Assembly (NCBI GenBank): GCA_944391515.1
Contig: CALXTW010000006.1
Span: forward strand, 4,978 to 68,977
Direction of reading: 5' to 3'
Length of the DNA: 64,000 nt
DNA from: an uncultured Alphaproteobacteria bacterium
GTDB lineage: Bacteria; Pseudomonadota; Alphaproteobacteria; RF32; CAG-239
Every line of letters begins with the position of its first letter. Position 1 is the stretch's first letter. Of the stretch, positions 29,435-39,500 are shown one piece after another. A program made the translations under genes and the position numbers. The notes under the pieces are model-generated. The model was given only the letters and a program-made list of their open reading frames with translations, had not been told where the DNA came from and made no database searches.

Positions 29435-31222
29435 CTAAGCGGCTTTCTTTGACTTAAATTGTGCGTTGTACAAAGACTTATAAGCGCCATTTTCAATTTG
29501 CAATAATTGTTCATGCGTTCCTTGTTCAACAATTTCTCCGTCATTGATAACCACAATTGTATCTGCATTTTGTACGGTTGACAAACGGTGAGCAATCACA
29601 AACACGGTTCTGTCCTTCATTAAATTATCAATAGCTTTTTGTACGACAGCTTCAGCTTTATTATCTAAAGCCGAAGTAGCCTCATCCAAAATCACAACCG
29701 GAGCGTTTTTAATAAAAGCACGGGCAATAGCTAAGCGTTGGCGTTGTCCCCCTGAAAGCAAAGAACCTCTTTCACCGATTTTGGTATCAAGACCATCTTT
29801 GAGTTCGGTAATAAATTCATCTAAACAAGCCATTTTAACAGCTTTTTGAATTTCTTCTTCCGTAGCATCTTGTTTACCTAACAAAATATTGTCGCGGATA
29901 GTTCCTGAGAACAAGAAATTATCTTGGAACACAACGGCAATATTATTACGCAGACTTTCTAAAGAGATATCTCTGATATCTGTACCGTCAATAGTAATTG
30001 AACCATCTTTAACGTCATAAAACCGAGGAATAAGGTTAACGATAGTTGTTTTACCGCCGCCTGAATTTCCGACCAAGGCGATAGTAGAGCCGGCCTTAAC
30101 GTTAAGATTAATATCTTTCAAGACGGGAACACCTTCATTATATTCAAAATCAACATGACTAAATTGAATATTTTTGTGAATACCATCTAATTTTTTAGCT
30201 TTTGATTTATCGACAATAGTCGGTTCTGTTTCCAAAATTTCGACCACACGCTCGATTGCTAAAAAAGATACTTGCATTGCATTATAATTTTTCCCAATAC
30301 TTTTAATCGGGGTATAAAGCATAATCAAAGCAGTAATAAAGGAAACAAAGTTACCACTGGTAATAGTACCATTAACAATCAAATAGCTACCATATCCGAT
30401 AACTGCACCGATACCGATAGAAACAATGATATGCAGAGCAGGAGTCATCCAAGCGGTTTTTTGCACCATTTTAATTGTTAATTTAAAGAGGTTGCGCAAA
30501 GTATCATCAAAACGATGATAAATTTTTCGTTGCAGATTGTAAGAAGCAATTGTTTTGTTTCCGGAATAAGTTTCGGTATAGTTTGAAAGAATTTTGGCAC
30601 TTTCCACAACGCTTCCCAAAACCACACGTTTAATTCTTCTTCTAACCGAAGCCAGAGGCATCAAAGCGCATCCTAAAATCAAAACAGCAATAATTGCCAA
30701 TTGCCAAGAATTATAAATCAACACGCACACCAAAGAGACCGAAGAAAAGAAACGGGATACAAAAACTTTTAAATTTTCCAATAATCCGGAGCAAGCTACG
30801 TCACAGTCAGCACTAAAACGCTGAACAATAAATCCCGAGTCATGCTGGTCGAAGTAAGATGTCTGCAGATGTAGAAGTTTTTTGTAAAGAGAGCGTTTTA
30901 AATCTTGATTGATTTTTACACCCACCCAAGTATTAAGATAAGTTGCAGCATAGTTAAGACCGCCTTGTAAAGAGGTAAATGCTACAATTAATAAAGGGAT
31001 ATAAGCTGGAGAAGAAGTCGATTTATCCACCAACACCATATCCATATAAGGTTTTAAAGACAAAGCCACCACGGAGTCCAACGCCCCGATAGGAATACAA
31101 ATTAAAATGGCCAACAGCGCGCGAAACCAATAAGGTTTCACAAAAGGCCACATTTTTTTGTAGTGTTCTGTAAATTCGAGCTTTTTAGCTTCTTCATCTA
31201 TTTGAATTTTATCTTCAATCAT
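29435..31222 (-). CDS. msbA: MsbA-like lipid exporter ABC transporter
   Basis: 6-TM domain with LY.PIK.I; GNSGGGKT, LSGGQRQR, DEATSALD. Confidence 0.75.
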   Translation of the reverse strand: MIEDKIQIDEEAKKLEFTEHYKKMWPFVKPYWFRALLAILICIPIGALDSVVALSLKPYMDMVLVDKSTSSPAYIPLLIVAFTSLQGGLNYAATYLNTWVGVKINQDLKRSLYKKLLHLQTSYFDQHDSGFIVQRFSADCDVACSGLLENLKVFVSRFFSSVSLVCVLIYNSWQLAIIAVLILGCALMPLASVRRRIKRVVLGSVVESAKILSNYTETYSGNKTIASYNLQRKIYHRFDDTLRNLFKLTIKMVQKTAWMTPALHIIVSIGIGAVIGYGSYLIVNGTITSGNFVSFITALIMLYTPIKSIGKNYNAMQVSFLAIERVVEILETEPTIVDKSKAKKLDGIHKNIQFSHVDFEYNEGVPVLKDINLNVKAGSTIALVGNSGGGKTTIVNLIPRFYDVKDGSITIDGTDIRDISLESLRNNIAVVFQDNFLFSGTIRDNILLGKQDATEEEIQKAVKMACLDEFITELKDGLDTKIGERGSLLSGGQRQRLAIARAFIKNAPVVILDEATSALDNKAEAVVQKAIDNLMKDRTVFVIAHRLSTVQNADTIVVINDGEIVEQGTHEQLLQIENGAYKSLYNAQFKSKKAA

Positions 31223-31282
31223 CGTTTTTCCTTAAAAATACAAAAGATAAGGTATAATAAAAAATTTTAAGTATAATGCAAG

Positions 31283-31792
31283 TTATAAGTGGATAATCCC
31301 TAAAAACTGCAAAGCTGCCACAACAAAACCAATTTGCATAATTAAAACAAAAGCAAATTCAGCCTGATAGCTTTTCTTTTTATTTTTGTGGCGTAAGGTT
31401 TTTTGAGCGAGTAAAGCTCCACTCCATCCGCCAAGCATTTCCAACGCATGCAAGTTTTTTTCAGGAATTCGCCATTCCCCGCGAACGGCTGCACGTTTAT
31501 CCACAAAATATGCCAAATAGGTAACGGGATTAATAACCACAAATTGATACACCAAAAACAGTAAAAGAGTTTTGGGTGCAAACGGCGTTACTCTAAAATA
31601 GTGTGTTTCAATATAATAAGCGGCTAAAATCACGAGTCCGGCATGGAGGAGATAAAAACTGTTTTTTTGTAAAGGACGGATAAGGAGTAACAATCCGACT
31701 AAAATAGCACTTGCGGTAATAACCATAAATTTTCTCTGATAAATTAACAATACGTCAGGCATAATAACGAAATTATAAAAAAAAGCAACCAC
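31283..31792 (-). CDS. DUF1294-like membrane protein
   Basis: YFVDKRAA..EWRIPEKNLH..LGGWSGALLAQ..LRHK. Confidence 0.85.
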   Translation of the reverse strand: MVAFFYNFVIMPDVLLIYQRKFMVITASAILVGLLLLIRPLQKNSFYLLHAGLVILAAYYIETHYFRVTPFAPKTLLLFLVYQFVVINPVTYLAYFVDKRAAVRGEWRIPEKNLHALEMLGGWSGALLAQKTLRHKNKKKSYQAEFAFVLIMQIGFVVAALQFLGIIHL

Positions 31793-31887
31793 CTATCAAA
31801 TAGTGAATAACTAAAAAAAGATAATGAGATTTAAAAAAATGCCTTTATATTAAGGTTAACAAAATGTAAAAATTTAAGGGATAAGAG

Positions 31888-32412
31888 ATGAAAAAACTTC
31901 TGACTGCATCTGCTTATATATTATTGGCAGCCTGTACTGTTGTTAGTCATCAGGCAATGGAAGAAAACGAGCAATTTGTTGTTGATACGCCTTATGTACA
32001 ACCTCAGCCGCTTGAGGAAGAAGAAACTTCAGCAGAGGCTTATGTTTTAGTTGCTAATCGCATGGTTAATAAGCTGTTGGATGAAACTTCGGAATATTAT
32101 GACAAATTGCCACGTCCCAAGATTTATGTTATGTCTCCCGAAAAGCAAGATGAAAACACCCCTGACGGCATTTATCAAGCACGATTTGAGACGATAAAGA
32201 TTCTGGAAGGCTCTAAAACTTATACCGTTGTAAACAATTTAAATGATGCGGATTATTATTTGAAAATTTCCGCAAAGCCGATAGTCTTACCTGAAAAGAA
32301 CATCCAAGCAATTTCTTATCACTTGGCACTTTATTCTGCAGATAATACGCCGCTTAAAGATTGGTCTCAGGTAATCAAACAAGTTCAAAATGATGATAAA
32401 AGCTGGTGGTAA
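31888..32412 (+). CDS. Hypothetical lipoprotein
   Basis: LLAAC lipobox; loosely LpoB-like, unverified. Confidence 0.7.
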   Translation: MKKLLTASAYILLAACTVVSHQAMEENEQFVVDTPYVQPQPLEEEETSAEAYVLVANRMVNKLLDETSEYYDKLPRPKIYVMSPEKQDENTPDGIYQARFETIKILEGSKTYTVVNNLNDADYYLKISAKPIVLPEKNIQAISYHLALYSADNTPLKDWSQVIKQVQNDDKSWW

Positions 32413-33521
32413 AGTTGCGATTCTTAACAGCTTTAGTGGTTGCCATATTGGGCGTGTCTTCAGCCCAAGCAGCAGATAGTGATGTTTCCCTAGATACATC
32501 GTCTTTGGATAGTGATGTTATCTCTGTTTATGGCACGGATTGCGAAAAAATAAAAGCAGGCGAGGCCAGATCGACTGTGCGTGTCCGTGTAACGGATAAA
32601 GCCAGTTATTTGGCTGTTAGTTCTTTGCCAGATTTGAAGAATGCCCATGTTGAATTGAATGACCATGATTTTAACGTTATGGTCTATAATTTGGTCGATA
32701 ACAGTATTGAGGATATGGCAATCCGCACCACCAAGCAAACGCCTGATGAAATTTGTGTTGAAGTTACGGGCTACATTTCGGGCAAAAACATTTTTGGCGC
32801 TATTGATGAGGCCTTAAATCGCCAAAAAAATGCATCTGAGCCCGAAGATGAAATAAATGAAACTCAGCAAAATGTTGAGCAAGTAGAGGCTCTCAAGCCT
32901 GTTGCCCAAGAAAAACAATCCTCAGAAGTAGATGTGTCGCAAAAACAAGCTCTCTATGAGCCTGAAGCGCCATCGGCTGAAGTTCAGCAAGAAATTCCGC
33001 AAACGATTGAAGAACCTGCACCAACGCAAGAGGATGACTATTTAGCGGCCAAAGCCGCCAGCAAGGGGCTTATTTTTATTTCTCCGACAGAGTTTTTTAA
33101 CAATACTTCCTCCTCCAAATATTCGGAAATTCTGCGTGAGATGTTCGTCAAAAGCGAGTATTTTTATATTACCGATAAAAAAGAGCTGGCAGATTTTGTG
33201 ATAACGCCGAAAGTATTGCGCGCTAAGGTTGATCCAATAAATTCTGAAACCAACCGCTTGCAAATGGTCATCTCTCTGGAAAGTTATAATTCAGCAACGG
33301 AAGAAACCGACACCGAACATCAAAATCGTTTTGTCTTGTTTAATTCGACCGAGGACGAACAAGCCGTAGCCTCTAAATTAATGAAACAACTTTTTGCCAA
33401 AGCGACAGATAAAATCATTACCGAGTTGGAGATTAAACAGCGCAAAAAGAATAATGACGCCGGATTACCGCCGATTATAACGCCGGTGTCGAACTCTCCA
33501 GCAAAGACGGGTGCTCTTTAA
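32406..33521 (+). CDS. Hypothetical secreted protein
   Basis: GTG start, signal peptide ..SSAQA, acidic central linker. Confidence 0.75.
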   Translation: MVKLRFLTALVVAILGVSSAQAADSDVSLDTSSLDSDVISVYGTDCEKIKAGEARSTVRVRVTDKASYLAVSSLPDLKNAHVELNDHDFNVMVYNLVDNSIEDMAIRTTKQTPDEICVEVTGYISGKNIFGAIDEALNRQKNASEPEDEINETQQNVEQVEALKPVAQEKQSSEVDVSQKQALYEPEAPSAEVQQEIPQTIEEPAPTQEDDYLAAKAASKGLIFISPTEFFNNTSSSKYSEILREMFVKSEYFYITDKKELADFVITPKVLRAKVDPINSETNRLQMVISLESYNSATEETDTEHQNRFVLFNSTEDEQAVASKLMKQLFAKATDKIITELEIKQRKKNNDAGLPPIITPVSNSPAKTGAL

Positions 33522-34293
33522 TTGAGCGAACGACAAAGCATAAATTGTTAAATCTTGGAAGAGATTTTGCCACGCAATAAGCAGTAATTTGCATTTCAAG
33601 CTTGTTGCGTAAAACTTCTCTGTCGCCGGCTTCGTCCCCCACATAGACGACGATTTCCAAATCTGTAAAGCCGCGGTCGGTATATAGATTAAAATCAAGG
33701 CTCAAAACCACATCTTTAACCATATTGATTAAAGTTTTTTGTAAAGTTTTGAAATGCTCAAGCGCATTAAGATATTTGAAGATATTAATAAATTCCTGCA
33801 AAGCTTTTTTTCTATCAAAATCAGCATCACAAACGGCGATTCTTTCCAAATAATCCAAATTGCCGACGATGACGGCATATTTAATCATTTGCGCAAAAAA
33901 GATATTAATAAAACTTTTCGTTGCGTCAAATTTAGGTTTGAGCAAAACGCCGGCCATATCGGTAAGCCCGAGATTAACAAGGTTGGAGATAAATAAAGCC
34001 TCCATTGCCGGAGACATCTCCCCGCCCAAGTCCCAAATTTTATAGGCAAGAGCTTTAGCTTTTTGTTGTTCTCCTCGCATAATCTGCTCTTGCATGAGTA
34101 AAATCAAGCCGTTTATGTCATTAGGATTTTCTTTAATCAAGTGATAAAGTTGCTTTTCTATGTGCAAAATTTCATCTTGTTGCGCATAGTTTAATTTTAC
34201 CAATAACTTATAAATAGTCGGAAAACTCGTAATTGGCAGTTCTCCTACTTGAGCTTGAATTGGTTGTGTTAATTGGTTTGGTTCATCACTCAT
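33475..34293 (-). CDS. Hypothetical protein (TPR-like N-terminus)
   Basis: 272-aa ORF; 3' end overlaps the convergent gene by 47 nt. Confidence 0.7.
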   Translation of the reverse strand: MSDEPNQLTQPIQAQVGELPITSFPTIYKLLVKLNYAQQDEILHIEKQLYHLIKENPNDINGLILLMQEQIMRGEQQKAKALAYKIWDLGGEMSPAMEALFISNLVNLGLTDMAGVLLKPKFDATKSFINIFFAQMIKYAVIVGNLDYLERIAVCDADFDRKKALQEFINIFKYLNALEHFKTLQKTLINMVKDVVLSLDFNLYTDRGFTDLEIVVYVGDEAGDREVLRNKLEMQITAYCVAKSLPRFNNLCFVVRSIKEHPSLLESSTPAL

Positions 34294-34348
34294 CTTAAAA
34301 ATCCTTTTAGCTTGAATAAGAATAAGTCAAAAAGGTTAAAATTTATTT

Positions 34349-34786
34349 TTATTTTTCCAAAATAAAGGTGCACGGTCCGTCGTTGACCAAAGACACCAAC
34401 ATCTCTGCCTGAAAAATTCCGGTTTCGACTTTAAGGTTATGGCTGTTCAACTGTTGCACAAAATATTCGTATAAGTGTTTGGCTTCTTCCGGGCATGCAG
34501 CAGTTTCAAATCCGGGGCGATTCCCGCGAGATGTGTCTCCTGCTAATGTGAATTGCGAAATAGCCAAGATTTCACCGCCGACATCTTGGATAGAGAGGTT
34601 CATTTTCCCGTCACTATCTTCAAAAATACGTAAATTAGCAACTTTTTTAGCTAAATAAGCGGCTTGTTGCTGGGTATCTCCTTTTTGCACACCGATAAAC
34701 AGCAAAAATCCTTTAGCAATTTTGCCGACAATTTGTTGCTTTACCTCGACTGCCGCCGAAGTGACTCTTTGTACTAGAACTTTCAT
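34349..34786 (-). CDS. dtd: D-aminoacyl-tRNA deacylase
   Basis: MKVLVQRV, SQFTL, NDGP; start at ATG 34786. Confidence 0.96.
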   Translation of the reverse strand: MKVLVQRVTSAAVEVKQQIVGKIAKGFLLFIGVQKGDTQQQAAYLAKKVANLRIFEDSDGKMNLSIQDVGGEILAISQFTLAGDTSRGNRPGFETAACPEEAKHLYEYFVQQLNSHNLKVETGIFQAEMLVSLVNDGPCTFILEK

Positions 34787-34885
34787 TGTTTTACATACCA
34801 AGTTATTATTTAGTATCTACATGATATTGCAATAATCTTTAAGATAAATTAAAATTCACGCAATTAATAAAATTTATGGACTAAG

Positions 34886-36139
34886 TTGATGCAAAAAATA
34901 CTACTGATTTTAATCATGATGAGTTTGAGTGGTTGCGCTTCTTTTGGCAGAGGGGTCGCAGAAGCATTTTTAAATGACCAAAAGGAAGACACGCGCCAGT
35001 GTGAAATTCAAGGTACGTCCTTACCCGGAATTAACGATATGTTTAAGCAAAACAAAGTTGTTAAAGTGATGATGGTTCACGGGGTCGGCACGCATACTCC
35101 GGGTTATGCTACCCGTATTAGAGAGAATTTGGCTAAGAGTATGGGGCTAAATGTTTTCTCACGTCGTGATAAAAATATCGTCTTAATTGATCCTGATGAT
35201 AAAAAGACCGAGATTGGTAATTTGCGAGTTACGCGTATGCAAAATGAAACCGGCTCAAAAGATTTGATTTTTTATGAATTGAGTTGGTCAATTAACACAT
35301 CGCCTCAAAAACGTATTTTGGATTATGATACCTCAGGACTGTATGAACATAAGAGAGCCGCATTTAACCATACTATGAAAAAGTTTTTGGATGATGTTAT
35401 TCCTGACCCCGAGATTTATGTCACCGATAAAAATAACCATATCTTAAATGCAACCAAGCAATCCACCTGTTGGATGTTAAGTCGTTCTTGGGAACAGCTT
35501 GAACCAAACAAAAAGCAGATTTGTACCGTTTCTTCCTATAACCAAATCAAAGATTTAACGCGAGATAATATCATTTTCATTACCCATAGTTTGGGCAGTA
35601 AAATCTTAATGGATAGCTTAACTGACATTGTTAACACTGTTGCCGCCCTTGATGAGCAAGAACAAATCAAGCAACGTGCCGATGTCCGGTTGATTTTGGA
35701 AGAGCTTCAAAACAAAGAGATGACGGTATTTATGCTGGCAAACCAATTACCTCTGTTACAAATTGCCGGTCCGCAACCCAAAGTAACCGGGCAAATTCCG
35801 TCTTATTGCAGCAAAAAGGGAAAAAACTATAAAAGCCGTGTCTTTAAGCGCATAAATATTGTGGCGTTTTCTGACCCGAATGATTTGTTGAGCTATGGTC
35901 TGCCGCAAGAATTTGTTGATAATTACATAGATTCCAGAATGTGTCCTGAGGTCACCAATGTTAATATCAACATTGCTGAAGAAATATCGGTCTTTGGAGC
36001 CGGTGTGGTCAATCCGGTTACGGCTCATACCGAATATGACAATGACGACCGAGTGATAGAAATGATTGCCAACGGCACGCAAAACCTCAAAGATAATGAA
36101 ATCTTATCGCAAAGGTGCCGCTTTACCTATTTTAAGTAG
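34886..36139 (+). CDS. Lipoprotein with alpha/beta-hydrolase-like motifs
   Basis: LSGC lipobox, MVHGVG, THSLGS elbow, FSDPND, late His (TAHTEY). Confidence 0.65.
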   Translation: MMQKILLILIMMSLSGCASFGRGVAEAFLNDQKEDTRQCEIQGTSLPGINDMFKQNKVVKVMMVHGVGTHTPGYATRIRENLAKSMGLNVFSRRDKNIVLIDPDDKKTEIGNLRVTRMQNETGSKDLIFYELSWSINTSPQKRILDYDTSGLYEHKRAAFNHTMKKFLDDVIPDPEIYVTDKNNHILNATKQSTCWMLSRSWEQLEPNKKQICTVSSYNQIKDLTRDNIIFITHSLGSKILMDSLTDIVNTVAALDEQEQIKQRADVRLILEELQNKEMTVFMLANQLPLLQIAGPQPKVTGQIPSYCSKKGKNYKSRVFKRINIVAFSDPNDLLSYGLPQEFVDNYIDSRMCPEVTNVNINIAEEISVFGAGVVNPVTAHTEYDNDDRVIEMIANGTQNLKDNEILSQRCRFTYFK

Positions 36140-36143
36140 CAAG

Positions 36144-36169
36144 TTAAGGGCAATAAAAGTTGCCCTTAA
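36144..36169. terminator. Hairpin between hydrolase-like gene and Bat operon
   Basis: ttaagggcaa-taaaag-ttgcccttaa 10-bp stem. Confidence 0.6.
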
Positions 36170-36252
36170 TCATTTTGTGATTCTTTATTTGTTCGGGTTG
36201 ATTTTTAAGGATGAAACGCTTAAATTTATAAAAGCGAAGAAAGGAAGAAGCA

Positions 36253-36714
36253 ATGCCCCAACTGCAAGATAATTTACCCGAATTAAGAGATATTCATTTG
36301 CCCGATGGCGTTTCGGCTTTTCCTCTGGCTTATGGCTGGTGGGTAATTGGGCTCAGTATCATTGGGGCGATTGTGCTCATTAAAGTTATCTTGTATTTGC
36401 GCCGCAAAAGCAAAAAACGCTACGCTCGAAAATTAATTGAAGCCATAGCCGAGGCTAACCCCGTCTTGGCCGCCAAACAAGCATCCGAAATTCTGCGCCG
36501 AATTTGTGTTCTGAAATATCCTAAAGCGGCTACGCTTTATGGGCAAGATTGGCTTGATTTTTTGCACCTCCATTGCCGCCAAAAATTAAATGAATCAGAA
36601 GCAGGCTTGTTGTTAAATGCCCCTTATATGAATGAGAATGCTAAGGGCTATGGCACAAAAGAGATAAAAGAAATCAAGCAGTTTTGCATTTCATGGATAG
36701 GAGAAAATCTATGA
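36253..36714 (+). CDS. DUF4381-like membrane protein
   Basis: LRDIHLP..S.FPLAYGWW, A.L.G..WL.FL; first gene of vWA/Bat operon. Confidence 0.85.
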   Translation: MPQLQDNLPELRDIHLPDGVSAFPLAYGWWVIGLSIIGAIVLIKVILYLRRKSKKRYARKLIEAIAEANPVLAAKQASEILRRICVLKYPKAATLYGQDWLDFLHLHCRQKLNESEAGLLLNAPYMNENAKGYGTKEIKEIKQFCISWIGENL

Positions 36715-37715
36715 TACATATTGCCTATCCCTTAATGTTTTTGTTGCTCTTGTTGCCCTTTGCCGTGCACTATTTATTTTCTCCGCTCAAAGGGATGCAC
36801 GGTGATGCATTGCACGTTCCTTTTTTGAAAGATTTAGCCAATATTAATCTAAAGTCGGGAAGCGTTTGGGGGCAAGTCAATGTAAGCGATTCTTCAAAAC
36901 TCTCGCTCCATTTTTGGGAGTTGTTTGCCATATTTGCTTTATTGGTTTGTGCCATGTCTCGCCCGCAATGGGTCGGAGAGCCGATTCGTATCCATAGCCA
37001 AAGCCGAGATGTCTTGCTGGTGATGGATATTTCAAATTCTATGGAAGAACCTGATTTTGTGATAAATCGTCGTCCGGTAAGTAGGCTGAATGCCGTTAAA
37101 AAAGTTGCCGGCGAATTTATCGACCGCCGCGCTGATGACAGAATAGGACTGATATTGTTTGGCACAAGGGCTTATCTGCAATCCCCGATTACTTATGATA
37201 AAGCCGCCGTTAAACAAATTCTCTATTCCATGCAGGCAGGAATGGCCGGAAATTCCACGGCTATAGGTGATGCTCTGGGCTTGGCACTCAAAAGCCTGAA
37301 AGATAGTCCCCATGCGCAAGATAAAGTCATCATTCTTTTGACCGATGGCGAGAATAATGATGGAACAATAACTTTGCCTCAAGCTATCAAATTAGCCAAA
37401 GAAGCCGGAGTAAAAATTTACACAATCGGCGTTGGGGGAGATAGAAGAGACTTTTCCTCTTTCTTTGGGCTAAGATTGGGTGGCGAGGTAGATGAAGCCG
37501 GCCTCAAACAAATTGCCGATGACACTTCAGGCACTTATTTCCGTGCCCGCGATACTGAGAGTTTGCAGCAAGTTTATGCCGCTATTGATGAGCTTGAACC
37601 CACCCAAAATGAAGATAACTTTGTTCAAGAGACCAAAGAATATTACTATATTCCACTATTAGCGGCGTTAGTTTTGGGAATGCTTTTGGTATGGCAAATC
37701 AGAAAGGGAAGATAA
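36711..37715 (+). CDS. batA: BatA-like vWA protein
   Basis: SRPQW, DISNSM MIDAS, DRIGLILFG..AYLQSPIT, TAIGDALG, LTDGENN. Confidence 0.88.
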   Translation: MIHIAYPLMFLLLLLPFAVHYLFSPLKGMHGDALHVPFLKDLANINLKSGSVWGQVNVSDSSKLSLHFWELFAIFALLVCAMSRPQWVGEPIRIHSQSRDVLLVMDISNSMEEPDFVINRRPVSRLNAVKKVAGEFIDRRADDRIGLILFGTRAYLQSPITYDKAAVKQILYSMQAGMAGNSTAIGDALGLALKSLKDSPHAQDKVIILLTDGENNDGTITLPQAIKLAKEAGVKIYTIGVGGDRRDFSSFFGLRLGGEVDEAGLKQIADDTSGTYFRARDTESLQQVYAAIDELEPTQNEDNFVQETKEYYYIPLLAALVLGMLLVWQIRKGR

Positions 37716-37718
37716 AAA

Positions 37719-39500
37719 ATGTCAGAATTTATAACCGAATTTCATTTTATTCGCCCTTTGGTTTTGGTGTTATTGGTTATCCCGTTACTCTTTTCGTGGA
37801 AGCAGTTTCAAGGCTTAGCAAGAGTTTCCTCCTGGGCCAATGTCTGCGATAAAAATTTGCTTGATTTTTTGTTGGTAAAAGGCAGTTCCACACAAAGAAA
37901 ATTTATCTTGTGGTTGGGAATGTTGGGATTTGTTTTAGGAATTATTGCCGCGGCCGGCCCGACCTGGAAAAAGCGTGAAATCCCTAATATGACGCCTGAA
38001 AATCCGGTAATGATTGCGCTCAACCTCTCAACCGATATGGCCGAAAAAGACTTAACTCCAAGCCGCCTCACACGTGCCAAGTTTGAGATTTCAGACTTTT
38101 TGAAGATGATACCCGCCACGCAAAGCGGTTTGATAGTTTATAGTGATGAGCCGTACTTAATCAGCCCTCTGACCGAAGACACCCGTTTGTTAAACAACCT
38201 TTTGCCAAGGCTTGATTTTAGCCTTATGCCTTCAAACGGCGATCGCCCCGACCGCGCCATAGATTTAGCGGTGGAGAAATTTAAAAATGCCGGATACGCC
38301 AAAGGCAATATCGTCATTTTTAGTTCGGATATCGGCGAGAGATTAGACTTTGCACTAAAAGCAGCTGAAAAGGCTAAAACATCAGGTTTTAGGGTCAATG
38401 TTGTAGCCATGCAAAAAGGAGATTCCGAAAGACTAAAAATGTTGGCTAAAAGCGGCGGTGGTGAGTATATTCGCACTTCCTCAAACGATGCCGATATTCA
38501 AACTCTGGCCAATGTGATAAATGCCGAAGCCTCCGAGCAGTTAAAGCAAAGCGAAAATATGCGCCTCTCTTGGCTTGATTATGGCTATTATTTAACACTG
38601 TTGCCTCTATTGTTCTGTTTGTATTTTTTCCGTCGCGGAATTTTAATCATTACCCTAATGGTTATGATGATGCCAACCGCGCAAGCCGGATTTTTGACCA
38701 ACAATAATCAAGATGCTCTAAAAGCCTTCAATGCCGGACAATATGAAAAAGCGGCCCAAACTTTTGAGGATAAGAATTGGCAAGCCTCCAGCTATTATAA
38801 ACAAGGAGATTATAAAAAAGCTTTTGAGTTGTTTTCATCTTCGCAAGATGCTGAAGCGCTTTATAATCAGGGCAATGCCTTAGCTAAAAGCGGTAAGTTA
38901 GATGAAGCCATTAAAAAATATGAGGAAGTTCTAAAGACCATTCCCAATCATGAAGACGCCAAATTTAATTTGGAGTATTTGAAGCAACAAAAACAGCAAC
39001 AACAGCAACAGTCTTCATCTTCACAAAATCAGCAAGATAATAAAGACCAGCAAGAAAACCAAGATTCTTCATCTTCAAATCAACAAAACAAACAGCAATC
39101 AGAGAGCAATGAACAGCAGACCTCTCAGAGCTCTCAGGATTCTCAGCAAAATCCCGAGGATGAAGACCAAGCACAAAATTCCTCTAAGCAAGAAAATACA
39201 CAACAAAAAGAACAATCCTCTCAAAGCGAGCAAGAAGAAAAAGAGGATAAATCCACACCTTCTCAATCTATTGGCGAGCAAGAGCAAAAAGCTCCTCTGG
39301 ATAAAGAGAATAAAGAAGCTCAAAAAGACGCTTCACCAATTCCTCAAGCATTGCAAGAAGGGGACGAAAATACTAAATATAATGAAGAAGTTCAGGCACG
39401 CGAGCAACAATATCGTGAAATTCCCGAGGATCCGGGAGGGTTGTTGCGGGCGTTTATTTATCAAGAATATCGTAAAAATCGTTATAATCGAGGTCGCTGA
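37719..39500 (+). CDS. BatB-like vWA + TPR protein with Gln/Ser-rich linker
   Basis: AAAGPTW, degenerate MIDAS NLSTDM, YNQGNALA..DAKFNLE TPR, IPEDPGGLLR. Confidence 0.85.
   Translation: MSEFITEFHFIRPLVLVLLVIPLLFSWKQFQGLARVSSWANVCDKNLLDFLLVKGSSTQRKFILWLGMLGFVLGIIAAAGPTWKKREIPNMTPENPVMIALNLSTDMAEKDLTPSRLTRAKFEISDFLKMIPATQSGLIVYSDEPYLISPLTEDTRLLNNLLPRLDFSLMPSNGDRPDRAIDLAVEKFKNAGYAKGNIVIFSSDIGERLDFALKAAEKAKTSGFRVNVVAMQKGDSERLKMLAKSGGGEYIRTSSNDADIQTLANVINAEASEQLKQSENMRLSWLDYGYYLTLLPLLFCLYFFRRGILIITLMVMMMPTAQAGFLTNNNQDALKAFNAGQYEKAAQTFEDKNWQASSYYKQGDYKKAFELFSSSQDAEALYNQGNALAKSGKLDEAIKKYEEVLKTIPNHEDAKFNLEYLKQQKQQQQQQSSSSQNQQDNKDQQENQDSSSSNQQNKQQSESNEQQTSQSSQDSQQNPEDEDQAQNSSKQENTQQKEQSSQSEQEEKEDKSTPSQSIGEQEQKAPLDKENKEAQKDASPIPQALQEGDENTKYNEEVQAREQQYREIPEDPGGLLRAFIYQEYRKNRYNRGR

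Noticed and set aside
31844-31860. CtrA-like TTAT-N7-TTAAC upstream of 31888
   Set aside because: One mismatch in very AT-rich DNA; insufficient alone.
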